NCBI GenBank assembly: GCA_951406725.2
Contig: OX597820.1
Coordinates: 50,034,001 to 50,098,000, forward strand
Source: Octopus vulgaris
Taxonomy: Eukaryota
Length of the DNA stretch: 64,000 nucleotides
Direction of reading: 5' to 3'
The position numbers and the translations under genes were made by a program. This document shows, one piece after another, positions 24,761-39,552 of the stretch (its first letter is position 1; each line of letters begins with the position of its first letter). The notes below the pieces were generated by a model, which saw only the letters and a program-made list of their open reading frames with translations, was not told the DNA's origin and searched no databases.

Positions 24761-26475
24761 ATTGTATTGCTGGGGGATGTATTTGCACTTTGCAGGGTGT
24801 TGTATTTAACACAGTGTAGTTTTCTAAGTGGTTTTTATCGACATCTATTACAGAGACCCAATATTTGCAGCACCTTAATCACGTCAGTGGGTTAACATAT
24901 ACTCATGTCATAAATCTAATTCATTAAGATTATGCATTTCCAGCGTGTAAGTACTTTAGACTTCAACTCTCGCCCTGTATTCTGCACCATCATCTTATAA
25001 TGTTATCCAAGAAGTTTGTGACTTAAGAAAAAATTAATTGTTTTTATTCTTTATATTGACAGAAGAGAATATTAGTAGGTCAGGAGCAAGAGACATTAAA
25101 TTAATCCCATTATATGCAGGGCCTATATTTTAACGAGAATGAGTCCATGAAAATATAACTGACCGTCGGGATTTGCTCTTAGATTATACAGAAGTGAGCA
25201 AATTAATTTGTGTCTGGTTCACAAATGATTCTGCGAAACACATTCCTCTACAATACCCAGATGTATAAGAGAATATAAAGTCAATTGAATTGTCTACAAC
25301 GTGCTGCTGGTACTAAATTTATCGAATCCCAAGGAAATAAAGCTAAAAGTATACATCCACCCTCTTTTTTCTTTTTCTTTTTGACTCTCAGGTATTTATA
25401 AGAACAGTTTTTCATGCTAAACTACAGGACTTTTGAACAAATGATTGATAACTATCCTACTGGTTCTTATTATAAAGTTGGACGATGGCAAGCAGCTTTT
25501 CTCCGAGTATAAATAAAATAGTCACTGTCAGACTATAAATCACATTTTACTTTCAGCAATAAATTCTTTAACACTATGCTCTCATATACTGTTAGGTGGA
25601 CATGTAGATTGAGAATTATACGTCTTGGCCACAAACACACCAGATGAATGTCGAATAAATAGATACGGTCCTCAGGACCTTCGACTAGATAGCTATTTCC
25701 CTACGAATTTTATTTTTCATTCGAAACAGACAGAATCTATGCTCACAATGTACGTGAAAGATGTCAAAGTATATAGCCAGGTGTACAACCACCACTACCA
25801 GTTCGCTACTTTATAAACAAGTATTGATAATCATGAAAAATAATTATAACAGTTTGCTTCATTTTACTCATATATTTCATATGTATAGCACAAGTGAATA
25901 TTATATACATATACATGCACATACATACATGCCTACGTACAATGACACATTCATATATGTATATATGTATGTACGTACGTACGTATGTATGTATGAATGT
26001 ATGTTATATGTACATATATTAATACAAGCTTGATCTATTTACCATATCTTCCATGTTAATTTTAATTTGCTTCACCAACCGTTGTTTGAGGGTTAACCAA
26101 GCATTAAAAAAAATGCTTTTGATCTTCGGGCACACCACACATGCCCACCTTCGCTCCATTACTCAATAAATATTGCTGCCCATTAATATATAAATATAAC
26201 TAAGGTGAAGAGCAGCCATGGAGCATTCTTTTATTTTAACTCTTTCACCATCACCATCATCATCGTCGTCGTCGGCACCATTGTCGTCATCATCAACGTC
26301 ATTACCACTACCATCACCACCACAACCACCACCACATACACCACATACACTACCGTCACCGTCATTGCAGACATCTAGGCTGTCAATGCAGTTGATTTTT
26401 CTCTCGCCGTATCTCTAGAAGTTCTTACTATAATTGATAGTAGCTATCGTTGTAAAATATAATTATTACAAATTA

Positions 26476-26477
<2 letters not shown>

Positions 26478-26527
<50 letters not shown>

Positions 26528-26562
26528 GTTGTTGTTGTTGTTGTTATCATCATCATCACCAC

Positions 26563-26645
<83 letters not shown>

Positions 26646-26688
26646 CCACCACCACCACCACCACCACAACCACCATCATCATTATCAT
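26478..26688. repeat. Compound trinucleotide repeat (TTA)n(TTG)n(CAT)n(CAC)n
   Basis: Directly visible. Confidence 0.95.
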
Positions 26689-27185
26689 TGATATTAGTTT
26701 TTGCAGCGGAATGTAATAAATTTTCGTTGCAAGTTTAGATGAAATTATCATCAAATTTTAAAGAAATAAAAAAGGTAACAACAATCACATAGGACAAAAA
26801 CAAATATGTGAATATTAGCTGAGAGAAGGAAAGGTGTAAATATATATGTATGTATGCATGTGTGTGCGTATATATATATATATATCCTACACAAACACAC
26901 ATATACGTACACACACATGCCTATATATGATTGTGTGTATAAGCATATGCACGACATTCTAAATATGTACGTATGTATTTAATGAAAACTTGTGCACATC
27001 TGTCTGTTTGTCTACATGGAACATCGTCTAAATGGAATAAGAAAATAAATGTTGCATTAATTACTTAATTAAATTGCCATACGAATGCCCATGTAGATAT
27101 ATCCATAGCCGTATTAAGTATATTCCTCTCTAACTGCCTCTCTGTCTGTCTCTCTCTGCACGCGCGTGCACACACACGTACACAT

Positions 27186-27228
<43 letters not shown>

Positions 27229-27346
27229 ACACACATACATAACTTGTCTTAATTTATTCAATTAGTGTATTTCATCCTCCTTCTTTTCACTCCCAACCTC
27301 TCCCACCGACGGCTTTACCCTCTTGTCTTACTATATATACATATAC

Positions 27347-27415
<69 letters not shown>

Positions 27416-27554
27416 CATATATATGTACGTTTGTATGTATATATGTCTACATATATATGTATGTATACATGAATGTATGTATACATGTATATATGTATAT
27501 ATCTGTCTGTTCATGTGTGCATACACATATATACAAATACAAATATGTATAATA

Positions 27555-27620
<66 letters not shown>

Positions 27621-27621
27621 C

Positions 27622-27660
<39 letters not shown>

Positions 27661-27842
27661 GAGTATATGTGTGTGTGCGCACACGTGTGTGTGTTTATAT
27701 ATTCACACATTTTCTCATGAAAAATCTTGCAAATCATAAACAAAAACGATATCTGTATATATAAATATGCATATAAATACACACACTGATAACATCCTTA
27801 TATGCATATATATGTATGTATGTGTGTATATATATGTGTGTG

Positions 27843-27882
<40 letters not shown>

Positions 27883-28360
27883 CATGTATATATGTATATA
27901 CCTATGTATATATGCATGTGTGTGTATATGTATGTATATTTATATTGTAATTTATGCAGGTATATACACAATCATATTCAAGTACGTGTTATATCATATA
28001 TACGCATAATTATAAATCTTATAACAAACTTCTACGCTGTGTAAACGAATATTGGTGTCTGTGTATGCGTGTGTTCGCGTGTGTGATGTAGATGTGTGCG
28101 TACATGCGATCACCCTGTGTGTGTTTACGTGTGTATTTGTATGTGCGTGTGTACGCAAACATCCATTTACATAAAACATTTGTTTATCCCTGTGTTTTTG
28201 TGCCTGCATTTGTGTATCTACATCTGTGTATCTGTGTGGGTGTAACTATGTGAAGTCATATCTTCAAGCACTAATGTATCTGGTCGTCTTCGGTTGAAAC
28301 CCATTCAATAAAAACGGTGAGAAAATGAAAGCGTTGTACGCTTTTTAATAAAACAGAAAC

Positions 28361-28670
<310 letters not shown>

Positions 28671-29164
28671 GCAGACAGAGAGTAGAGATAGAGAGAGACA
28701 GGGAGAGCCAATGAGTGGAATAATGCGGAAGAGTGTATGAAGTGGTGTTAATGTGAGAATCTGTATATAACATAAAATACAGCTTATTGATTGTTAAATA
28801 ATGTACACCTATACATCACATGCTGTCCAATTCATTTTATAAAGGTTGCCTGGGTGAGCAACAGTTCTGATATAAAAGCATTTCCAGTTTCATTCCTCTA
28901 ATGTGCTCAAGTGTGGGCGGGGATGTAGACGTTTGACAAATCTCAGACGAAATTTCTACTTCACATATACAAGGGTGAGATAAAAAAGTGTCCTCTCTCT
29001 ATACTCGCCAGGAGGAATATCAAACAAGACAATTAAAAGATGAGTTTCCCAGTATGTATATATAATCACATATATCTGTACGTACGTACGTACGTATGTA
29101 TGTATGTATGTATGTATGTATGTATGTATGTATGTATGTATATTTGTTTGTATGCATGTATGTA

Positions 29165-29280
29165 AGTCAGTATTTAGTTTATTTCAAGATTTCTTGCCAA
29201 TAGAGAAAGAACCGGTTTCTAACCTAGATCCAAGGTTCCTTCATTGGAATTTCAACATCAGCAGCAGGGTATTTTTGTTT
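29165..29280 (-). mobile_element. ~115-nt PLE-like module embedded in (CATA)n, copy 1, degenerate hammerhead motif
   Basis: Minus strand: gaaatt-CCAATGA-AGG-AACC ttggatcta GGTT-A-GAAAC-CG-GTT-ctttc. Second copy at 29495-29602. Confidence 0.55.
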
Positions 29281-29494
29281 CTTCGTAAGTATGTATGTAT
29301 GTATGTATGTATGTATGTATGTATGTATGTATGCATGTATGTATGCATGTATGTATGCATGTATGTATGTATGTATGTATGTATGTATGTGTGTGTGTAT
29401 GTATGTATGTATGTATGTATGTATGTATGTATGTATGGATGGATGGATGGATGGATGGATGGATGGATGGATGAGTGTATGTATGCATGTATGC

Positions 29495-29602
29495 TATTAT
29501 TCAGTTTATTTCAAGATTTCTTGCCAATAGAGAAAGAACCGGTTCCTAATCTAGATCCAAGGCTCCATCATTGAAATTTCAGCATCAACAACAGGGTATT
29601 TT
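29495..29602 (-). mobile_element. ~110-nt PLE-like module embedded in (CATA)n, copy 2
   Basis: Diverged direct repeat of 29165-29280 inside the same (TATG)n tract. Confidence 0.55.
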
Positions 29603-30085
29603 GGCTTGTTTGTTTGTATGTATGTATGTATGTATGTATGTATGTATGTATGTATGTATGTATGTATGTATGTATGTATGTATGTATGCATGTATGTATG
29701 TGTAGATTTGTATGTTTTATGAATGTATTCTCATGCATATTGTTGCATATTTAGACATGCACCTCTGACATCACAGATTTGTTGATTAACAATTGCTCGG
29801 TACATCCCTGGAGTCTTTTCTTCCCAGCTGTTTGTTCTGCTGTTATGAGGTTATTGATTTTACAATGGTCCTGGAAGAAGAGGGTTAAACATGCTGTATA
29901 TATTTATAAATTACGTTCTGGCATGCAATTGGCCGGTAATTTTTTGCAATGTAGGTTGTTCTGCATTTGGGGATCAATTTCGTATGTATGTATGTATGTA
30001 TGTATGTATGTATGTATGTATGTATGTATGTATGTATGTGTGTATATATATATATATGTGTATATGTATATGTTTGTATATATAC

Positions 30086-30117
<32 letters not shown>

Positions 30118-30209
30118 CTATGTACATATTGTGTCTGGGGAGATTACGTCAATTAGTTATTAACACATTCATCGGTTCGATTTTCACTTATTTACATCAC
30201 ACACACAAG

Positions 30210-30391
30210 GGCAGGTGTGGCTGTGTAGTAAGGAGCTTGCTCTCCTACCACATGGTTTCGGGTTCAGTACCTCAGGGTGACACCTTGTACAAATGTCTTC
30301 TGTTATAGCCTTGGGCTGACCAAAGACTTGTGAGTAGATTTGGTACACAGAAGCTGAAATAAGTCCATCATATATATATATATGTCTGCGC

Positions 30392-30444
<53 letters not shown>

Positions 30445-30598
30445 TGTGTGTCTGTCTGTGTGTCTGTGTGTGTGTGTGCGTGTGTGGAGGCGCAATGGCC
30501 TAGTGGTTACGGCAGCGGACTCGCGGTCGTGGCATCACGGTTTCGATCCTCAGACCGGGCGTTGTGAGTGTTTTTTGAGCGAAAACACCTAAAGCTCT
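30210..30598 (+). mobile_element. CORE-like SINE 5' half (30210-30370) followed by a third-family SINE head (30486-30598)
   Basis: Homology to the other copies in the window. Confidence 0.75.
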
Positions 30599-33216
30599 GC
30601 ATGTATGTATGTACGTACTTAAGTACGTATGTACGCATGTAACTATGTTTAATTGCGTTTGCTATAGCCGTAACAATTTCCAATTGCTAGAACTCAATAT
30701 ACTTATATCAATAACGCAGAGTATTTCTAAGTTCTGGCGGCAATGAAGTGTCAATTCAATGTCGTGCTCTGCCCGGGACTCTTGCATGAAAGTGAAATTC
30801 AATATAGATGCATATAGAGACAAAACAAATGATGATCAAATTAAATGAAATGGTGAAAAGGAGGATCGAAAGCCCGTTGATAAAATTACTTGTCAAGTCA
30901 TTATTTCATAGCAACTGTTTCAGTCCTCCATTAATAAACTGACCACCATCACTTTTGAGACGACCAACTCGTATTCAATTAAAATTTTGATCGTGAATAT
31001 ACAAGGATCACAAATGACAAGTGATTAGCTGTAGAAATAAGATTGTAATGACAGTCACTTCACTATACACTTACAAAATTTAAACTCTTCGAATTTCTCA
31101 GAAGCTATCCTTCAGCTGAAAGGAGATGTAAACTGTAAAGGACACCTAAATCATTATCGTTTTATTGTAACACTAAATTAGACCTGGTTCAGCCGACCTA
31201 TAAATCAAAGGCATTCGAATTCAAACGTTCTCACCTTGTTTATCTATTCATTGGATGAGTGGAGTGACACAATTTATCTAGGACTGCGATTTGAGGGATG
31301 TTTCGCTGTTATTTATAGTAGTTTGAGTAGCTACGAAGGGGTTCCCTCATAAACGAAACCAATCTACTCGGTGGATTAGTTGTTTTAAGTCATTTGTGTG
31401 AATTCAGTTAAAGACGGAAATCTCTTCCAAGGAAATCTATATCTGAAATGAAGTTGGTACAAATAATCTTGAGCATTCCTTTATCATACGTATTCAATGA
31501 ATCCAACATTAGCATCGATGGTTCAATACGGGGTCGGAAGCATTGACATGCCCGAGTCAGATGATTTTATCAATTTTGGACTTAATGCTGGTTATGGTGG
31601 ACTGGAAAAATTGTATGGTGTTATAGGATAGTTGATTAACCCCTCTCTCTCGACCACGCCCCATACCTAATATTTCAGCGGATTGAGATCTGAGGAGCAA
31701 GGAGACCATGATCATAGATATTGGCAAGTATCCACTCTTGGGTTGTACTAGCCTTGAGAGACGACACAGCCTTGTTTAAAGACGTACAATCTCCGTTACG
31801 TACACTGTCTTACTGAAAAGTAAGGTAAAAAGTATATTAAAAGAAAGTTAGATATCTGGAAAGAGGTGTCCGCTAAAAGAAAAAGTGAAAAACTGACACG
31901 CCTTGTAATATGCACAGCGACTTACAGCGTGGCGAGCATATGTGCATTGCAATAAAACATGACAGAGCTCCATCATTCGACGATGAGGATTATGTTATTT
32001 GATCGAATGAATTACCTACTCCTGAATTAGTATATAAGTGACTAAGCATGTACACATACTACACTTAGTAAGTAAGTGGCTAAGCATGTACCCATATGTA
32101 TCCTTCATGTAATTCGTAGACAGAATCAGTACGGCACAGTGTGTGACAAGGCAGTACATTTGTAATCATAAATACTACCCACACAAGCGGGTTATACTAT
32201 TTCCATCTACGCAATTTCACTCACATAGTTTAGATCCGTCGGAGGCTATAGAAAATTACTCTTGCCCAAGAAGCCACGCAGTTGGATAGAATCTGAATCC
32301 TCGTAGTAATGAAGCGAACTTCTTAACCATTCGGATATACTGCACTAATGCTGCAATGAAATCCACCACAGAATAACATGTAGTAAGCTACTATTATGCT
32401 TGAGGAATAGTAACTATTATTATTTTTATGCTTGTAAAGCCAGACAAAAGTTCTTGCGATATTCTACACGGCTCTTTATAATCGTGTTCAAAACTGCCGA
32501 GGTCAGCACTTACTTTTATAATCCTACGGTTGATAAAATATGCACTGTCGTCCCCTCATTGCATTTGGTTTATTCATTTGTTTATCTATTTATATTACTA
32601 TATGGTCAAATGAATTTCTGCCTTCATGATCACCCCCTACTAATTTAATTTCGGACTTATTATAGGCAATTATATGTGTAGTACATTGATACTAGCCTCC
32701 GCCGCATTTTAATTAGGTCCATTCTATAGCGAGTCATGTGTGTTTGGCATCGGAGTATGAATTGATGAAATTACAATGAACAAGCTAAACCAGCTGGAAT
32801 AACAGACTTCACAGATCTATTCTCCCACGAATTGTCTCTGCTAATTAGGCTCGACTTCATTAAAACCAGTTGGTCGGTTGAGGCTTTTGACATCTCTCAA
32901 CATATTCAACTTCTTCAACGTCTTTGTATTTTGTGTTTTAAAGATACATATAAGAAAAGAAAACAAAATGTAATGATAACAATATCAAACAGCATGTAGT
33001 TGAAGACATGTCTATGTGAGGTAGAATCTCACTGTGCAATCATATGGTTTCTTGTTCGATCCAGCTATACGCAACATTGTGCGTTATATGTGTGTGTGTG
33101 TGTGTTTGTGTGTGTACGCGTGCGTTCGTGTGTATGTGTATGAATATATATGTATATATACAAATCTTACTCTCTCTATCTTTCTCTTTATCTATCTATC
33201 TATGTATCTATCTATG

Positions 33217-33321
<105 letters not shown>

Positions 33322-33383
33322 CTCTATCTCTATCTCTCTCTATCTATCTATTTACCTATATATATACCTATATATATATATAC

Positions 33384-33800
33384 ATGGAGAAAAACTGGAA
33401 CGAGATAAGGAATAGGGTGATCACTCTCGCCCGGCAATGGGCCAAGAGGAAACTGTCCCTAAAAGGTCGGACGGAGGTGGCGAACTCGTACATCGCGTCC
33501 GTCATCTACTACCTATTTCTTTATTACCCACAAGGGGCTAAACACAGAGGGGACAAACAAGGACAGACATAGGTATTAAGTCGATTACATCGACCCCAGT
33601 GCGTAACTGGTACTTAATTTATCGACCCCGAAAGGATGAAAGGCAAAGTCGACCTCGGCGGAATTTGAACTCACAACGTAACGCAGACGAAATACCGCTA
33701 AGCATTTCGCCCGGCGTGCTAACGTTTCTGCCAGCTCGCCGCACGTCATCTACTACCGCCTGACCGTTGTGCCTTGTCCCGACCCTACCATCATCAAACT
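33384..33800 (+). mobile_element. Tx1/L1-group LINE ORF2 fragment next to (TATC)n, interrupted by a SINE
   Basis: MEKNWNEIRNRVITLARQWAKRKLSLKGRTEVANSYIASVIYY|RLTVVPCP (W..R.LSL.GR motif). Confidence 0.8.
33514..33743 (-). mobile_element. Young Meta-like SINE with perfect 14-bp TSD
   Basis: cgtcatctactacc at 33500-33513 and 33744-33757. Confidence 0.9.
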
Positions 33801-34019
33801 AAATCACTCAAACCTAGAATATAAAATAAAAAATAAGCCCTGTGTATGAATAATGCAGATGTTAGCAGTGATAATGTTGATAATAACGGTGCTGATAACG
33901 ATCATGGTTATATTTTTGTTGTTTATCTCAAGGTCAGCCTTCATCAAGCAGACTTATGTTCAAATGTAATCCAGAATTGTCCATGCCATCTTTCTTTTAT
34001 TCATAGCCTATCTTTTACA

Positions 34020-34236
34020 TTTGACTTGGTCCCGTCAATACACTGCGGCCGTGCTGAAGCACCACCCTGGAGAATTTAGTCGAACGAATTGACCCCAGGG
34101 TTTATTATTTTTTTAAAGTCCGGTACTTATTCTATTGGTCTCTTTTGCCGAACCATTATGTTACTGGGACATAAACACGCAAACACCGGTTGTCAAGCGG
34201 TGAGAGATGTAAACACACATACAAATGCAAACATAC

Positions 34237-34269
<33 letters not shown>

Positions 34270-35090
34270 AACACATACGCACAGATTCAACGAGCTTCCT
34301 TCAGTTTCCGTATACTTAATCCACTCTCAAGGCTTTACTCGGCCCGGGGCTATATTAGGAGACACTTGCCCAATGTGCCATGCTGTCACGCTATGCAACT
34401 GAACCCCTAAAGCACGTGGTTACGAATCAAACTTCATATGACCACATTATTAAATGTAGCCTTAAGGTGGTGAACTGGTAGAATCGTTAGCACGCCGGCC
34501 AAAATGCTTAGTGATATTTCGCCCATCTCTACGTTCTGAGTTCAAATTCCGTCGATGTCGTCTTTGCCTTTCATCTTTTCGGGGTCGATTAATTTAGTAC
34601 CAGTGAAACACTGGGGTCGAAGTAATCGACAAGTTCCCTCCTCCAAATTTCAGGCCTTGTGCGTTTTGTAGAAAAGATTATTAGAGGTAGCCTTTGTCTT
34701 CCTATAGATTTGGTTCTTATTCTAGCTAGTCGAGCGAGCGGTGGAGGCGCAATGGCCCTGTGGTTAGTGCAGCGGACTCGCGGTTGTAGGATCGCAATTT
34801 CGATGTGAGTGCTTATTGAGACAAAAAAAAAACCTAAAGCTCCGCGAGGCTCTGGCAGGGGGTGGGGGCGAACCCTACTGTACTCTTTCACCACAACTTT
34901 CTCTCACTCTTTCTTCCTGTTTCTGTTGTACCTGTATTTCAAAGGGCCAGCCTTGTTACTCAGTGTCACGCTAAATCTATGTTAAGTGTCTGTGGAGTGC
35001 TCAGCCACTTGCATATTAAATTCACGAGCAGGCTGTTCCGTTGTTCGGATCAAGTGGAACTCTCGTCGTTGTAACCGACGAAGTGTCACG
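34020..35090. mobile_element. SINE cluster: CORE-like (-, 34020-34450), Meta-like (+, 34462-34682), third family (+, 34742-35090)
   Basis: Homology to the other copies in the window. Confidence 0.75.
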
Positions 35091-35391
35091 ACAAGTCGAG
35101 CGAGCACACAGAGGCCCCTTGATACTACGGGCTGTTGTGACAAACTTCAGCAAGATCTACAAGTCTCCCCGCCCTAGATAAGTAGATGATAAAATTATGA
35201 AAACTATTCTCCTTTATTTTTGTTAAGTAATATACAGTGTGACTTGAAGGAGATTTAGTAATTATTTCGAGGAGGCACAGAGACCTCGTTAGACTCCTAA
35301 CATTGACTTTTGGTGGCGATGCTGAAGGGGATGCTGCTATGGTTGACAGTATAGAGGTTAACAACAATATCGTTATTAGCGATGATAGTGA

Positions 35392-36200
35392 TTTCAAATT
35401 TTGGCACAGAGCCAGCAATTTCGGATGAGGGGTTAAATCAATTACAGCAACTCTTGTACTCAATTGGTATTTATTTTACCGATGCCGGAAGGATAAAATA
35501 CAAAGTGGATTTCGGCAGAATTTGAACTCAGAACTACAGACAGACGATCTGCTGCTACGCACTCTGCTGCCAGGTATACTAATGATTCTTATTTCTTTAC
35601 TACCCACAAGGGGTTAAACACAGAGAGGACAAACAAGGACATCGACCCCAGTGCGTAAATGGTACTTATTTTATTGGCCCCCGAAAGGATGAAATGCAAA
35701 GTCGACCTCGGCGGAATTTGAACTCGGAACGTAACGGTAGACGAAATACCTATTTCTTTACTACCCACAAGGGGTTAAACACAGAGGGGACAAACAAGAA
35801 CAGACAGATGGCTTAAGTCGATTATATCGACCCCAGTGCGTAACTGGTACTTAATTTATCTACTCCGAAAGGATGAAAGGCAAAGTCGACCTCGGCGGAA
35901 TTTGAACTCAGAACGTAACGACAGGTGAAATACGGCTAAGCATTTCGCCCGGCGTGCTAACGTTTCTTATTTCTTTATTGCCCACAAGGGGCTAAATATA
36001 GAGGGGACAAACAAGGACGGACAAAGGGACTACGTCGATTACATCGACTCCAGTGCGTAACTGGTACTTAATTTATCGACCCCGAAAGGATGAAAAGCAA
36101 GGTCGACCTCGGCGGAATTTGAACTCAGAACGTAACGGCAGACGAAATACGGCTACGCATTTCGCCCGGCCTGCTAACGTTTCAGCCAGCTCACCGCCTT
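35392..36200 (-). mobile_element. Meta-like SINE tandem tetramer
   Basis: Four head-to-tail body repeats with one complete head at about 36200. Confidence 0.85.
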
Positions 36201-37980
36201 AGCAATAGTGATGATACTGAACGGAGATTGGAGAAATTTCTTACACTAGTAGTAATTATGATGGCAGTTGTGTGATGGTGGCGGCGAAAGTACTGTCTAT
36301 GGAGGTTATAGTTGTGGCGACGAAAGATCTAATCAGATATAAATTAATTTGGACAGATTTTCATCTAACCAATTACTTATTTTTATATTGATTTTGTTAT
36401 TACCATTGTTATAAATTTTTGTTGCTCTTTAATTTTTCTTCTAGTATTATTGCTTTTCTTTCTGTTGTTCTTTATCTTTTTTTTTCTTTCCTTTTTCGTT
36501 TTCTTTCATTCTTGATATCTCCATAGTGTTTCTCGACATTTCAGTCCTTGCTGACCTGTATCAAAACTATTTGACCTATAACAGAAGTTTGACCGGTACG
36601 GCTATCCACACACACGTACACACACACACACACACACACACGCATACAAAGACACACAGATATACACATACACACATTCAAACAAAAACCTATAAGAACT
36701 CGTACGCACTAACAACTACTAATGAACTTTGGCACGTGACTCATTCCATTATATATCTAGAACATTCCCGCGATACTCTATCTGCCGGTCTCTCTCTCTC
36801 TCCCTCCCTCCCTCCCACTTCCTCTGTAATAAGTCCTTCAGAATTCCAATTTTTTTCTCGATATATTTCCTTGTCTTTTTTATTTACCTTCTTTAATTTC
36901 CTGTTTCATTTTATCGCATTGATTCTTTCACACTTTCTTTCATTCCTTTTTTCTTTCTATTCATTTTCCATTTCCTTCCTACCTTTTGTTTCTTTTCTCT
37001 CATTCTTTCCTTCTTTTGTTTTTTGTTTTTGTTTTTTGCTACCATTTTTTCCCCCACAATTCCAGCTTTTCCTACTTTGTTTCAACTCTCAGACCTTTGT
37101 TTATTTGCTTCTCTCTGTCTTCTTTCCTTTCTTTCATTCTTCACCTTAACTTCTCTCTCTTTCCTCTTTTCTTTTTCCATATGCATTCATTCGAACAGAA
37201 GCGAATCTCTACATGATACCACGACCTGCAATAAATAAAAACCAGAATTCACAACTCTCACATTCAGTCGGGCACTCACGACTCACCCATCTTTTCTCCT
37301 CTTCTTAATTATTCATGCTGTGTCCATCCTCTAGGCGTCACAATCAGTCCGTCATACCCAGAAGGTTGTGACTCTCGTATACTCCATCCCGAAATTGCAA
37401 AAGTTTAAGCTGAACCCTATCTATATAATTGACACAGGTCATGGAGTGCATTCCAAGGTCGTGTGTACAAACCCCTTATCCAAAACTAATTAGAAAAAAA
37501 AAAAAAGAAACCTTCACTTCAGATTGACTTTCAAAACTGAATAAATGAATATGCCCATCTGCATGAGTGAAGGTTTGGGAGCCTTGGTAATAACTCTGCC
37601 CCACCTCACTCACACACTGGTCCCATGGTGCGGCTGTACAGCCCGGCACACTTTTCACTGTTCTATCCTGATATCCTAACATCATTTCTCCTTCTTCGTC
37701 TTTGCAAGCCCGTTTTCTTCCCACTCAATCCTCTAGAGTAGTGTTCCGCATCTTCTCTTCGGTTGAGGTGCGTTTATATTCTTTTCAAATGTCGGCGGCA
37801 CACCCGAACTAAAAATATAGCTAATAGTATACGGAGAAAAATTATATTCAGGTTACACTGCAGCACATTTAGCATCATGTTGTGGCACACCACTTTACCG
37901 CAACATACTAGTTGCGGAGTACTGCTCTAGAGTACGAGTACGGAGGTTTTGGATCTTCATAGCGTGGCCAACATATTGTA

Positions 37981-38545
37981 TCGGGTTGTCCTGAAAGTTC
38001 GTGCTGATTTTTAAAGGAAAGAAAAAGCTCAATAAATACTTGCCATAAAATTTTTAATCAACCAAATATGAACCATTTTCTGGCACAATGCGTCTCCATC
38101 TTTTCTTTAACTTGAAAATACCCTCTTCCCAGAATTGAGGTGGTTTCATGGCAAAGAATTCATCAAAGTATCTTTTTACGTCGTCCGAGGAATTGAAATG
38201 TTTACCATTAAGACTATTCTGTAGAGACCTGAATACGTGGAAATCCGAAGAAGCAATATTTGGGGAATGTGGAAGGTGGGGTAACACATCCCAGCCGAGC
38301 TGCAGCTATTTTTGTTTGGTTCCCAAAGCATCAAGTGCCAAAAATGAACTTTCTTATCTTCTATTTTAAAGGATTATAGAATTAACACAGGTTATAGGAA
38401 CATAAACCTTCTTCCGTGAAAAGATAGCTTAACTGTGCTCTAAATGGAGGTGTAGTCAAATCCTATTTTATGGACTCAACCATGTTCTAAAATAAGTCGA
38501 AAGGCAAGCTAATATAAATCGGCACGAACTTTCCAGACAACCCAA
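37981..38545 (-). mobile_element. Internally deleted mariner (Tc1/mariner) transposon with TIRs and TA TSD
   Basis: TA-tcgggttgtcctgaaagttcgtgctgattt ... aaatcggcacgaactttccagacaacccaa-TA. ORF LPHLPHSPNIASSDFHVFRSLQNSL...NGSY corresponds to the YSPDLAPSD region. Confidence 0.92.
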
Positions 38546-38949
38546 TACTTTTCGCCCTCTGATCATCATCACTACTTTTCTTTCTCCCCCCATCCCGTCC
38601 AGGACTGTATCTTTCTATGGGATGCCCGAATCAGTAAAGTAGTTAGCTACATGTTGGATATTATGACCCTAGACTTACGTTCTGCTTACCATCATATCGC
38701 AATCTGCGTTAGTGTATTATAATTTTTATTGGCGAGTAAAATACATTGAGTTCCTTAATTATATAGACATAGATCTAACTAAGGTTTCAGTTTTCAGCTA
38801 CATGGTTTCAAGTTCGATCCTACAGAGTGGAACTTAAAGCAGGTGTCATAGTATAGGATGGACAAAACTTTAGTTTTTTTTCTATCCTATACTATGACAA
38901 GCCAGCAGAAACATTGTGGAAACCTGTCAGATGGACAAGTGTGGTTATT

Positions 38950-39477
38950 GAGCGGTCTACTTAACCCGTCACCTAATTTAGCATTACTGACACCCTCAAA
39001 TCTCTGTAGCAAGATTGTTGGCCATACCTTCAATCAAACGGTAATTTGCTCGCTTTTGGTGACGGTCCTCCAAAATCAGTTCATGAATTTTGGAGATGTT
39101 TTTATTCGTTCGTGCAAGAGGTCGACGGTCATCGTAAACGAGGTTGGTCTTCAAGCGACAAGTGACCATTCCTAAAGTGTGAGAAACACTTGTAAACCTG
39201 TGTTTTGCTTATGGCAGCCTCCTTGTAAGCTGTTTGAAGCATGACAACTGTTTCGACCGCTGCTTTCCTCAGCAGAAACTAGAATTCCACGGAAGCACAC
39301 AGTTCCTTCGCTTCGGCCATCGAAAAATTCGACGAACAGGGGACAAGCACTGCAAAACAAAGACGCTCCACGTGGAAGTATTTCACTCAATGAAGCAATC
39401 GGCAAATTGATGCCTGAAGGTCGCATCAAGTGGTTTCTATCGGTGGAGATAGTCCGATTACTTTTCGGTATACCCTC

Positions 39478-39478
<1 letters not shown>
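38950..39478 (-). mobile_element. 5' fragment of a second mariner family (TIR plus transposase HTH)
   Basis: End cgagggtataccgaaaagt next to (TA)n. Minus frame reads LRKAAVETVVMLQTAYKEAAISKTQVYKCFSHFRNGHLSLEDQPR. Confidence 0.8.
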
Positions 39479-39547
<69 letters not shown>

Positions 39548-39552
39548 CCGGA

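Noticed and set aside
37476-37724. 82-aa minus-strand ORF in unique sequence
   Set aside because: No recognisable motif, and it starts at GTG.
39243-39273. Minus-strand CTGAGGA...CGAAACAGTTGTC resembling a hammerhead
   Set aside because: It lies inside mariner transposase coding sequence and stem II does not pair convincingly.
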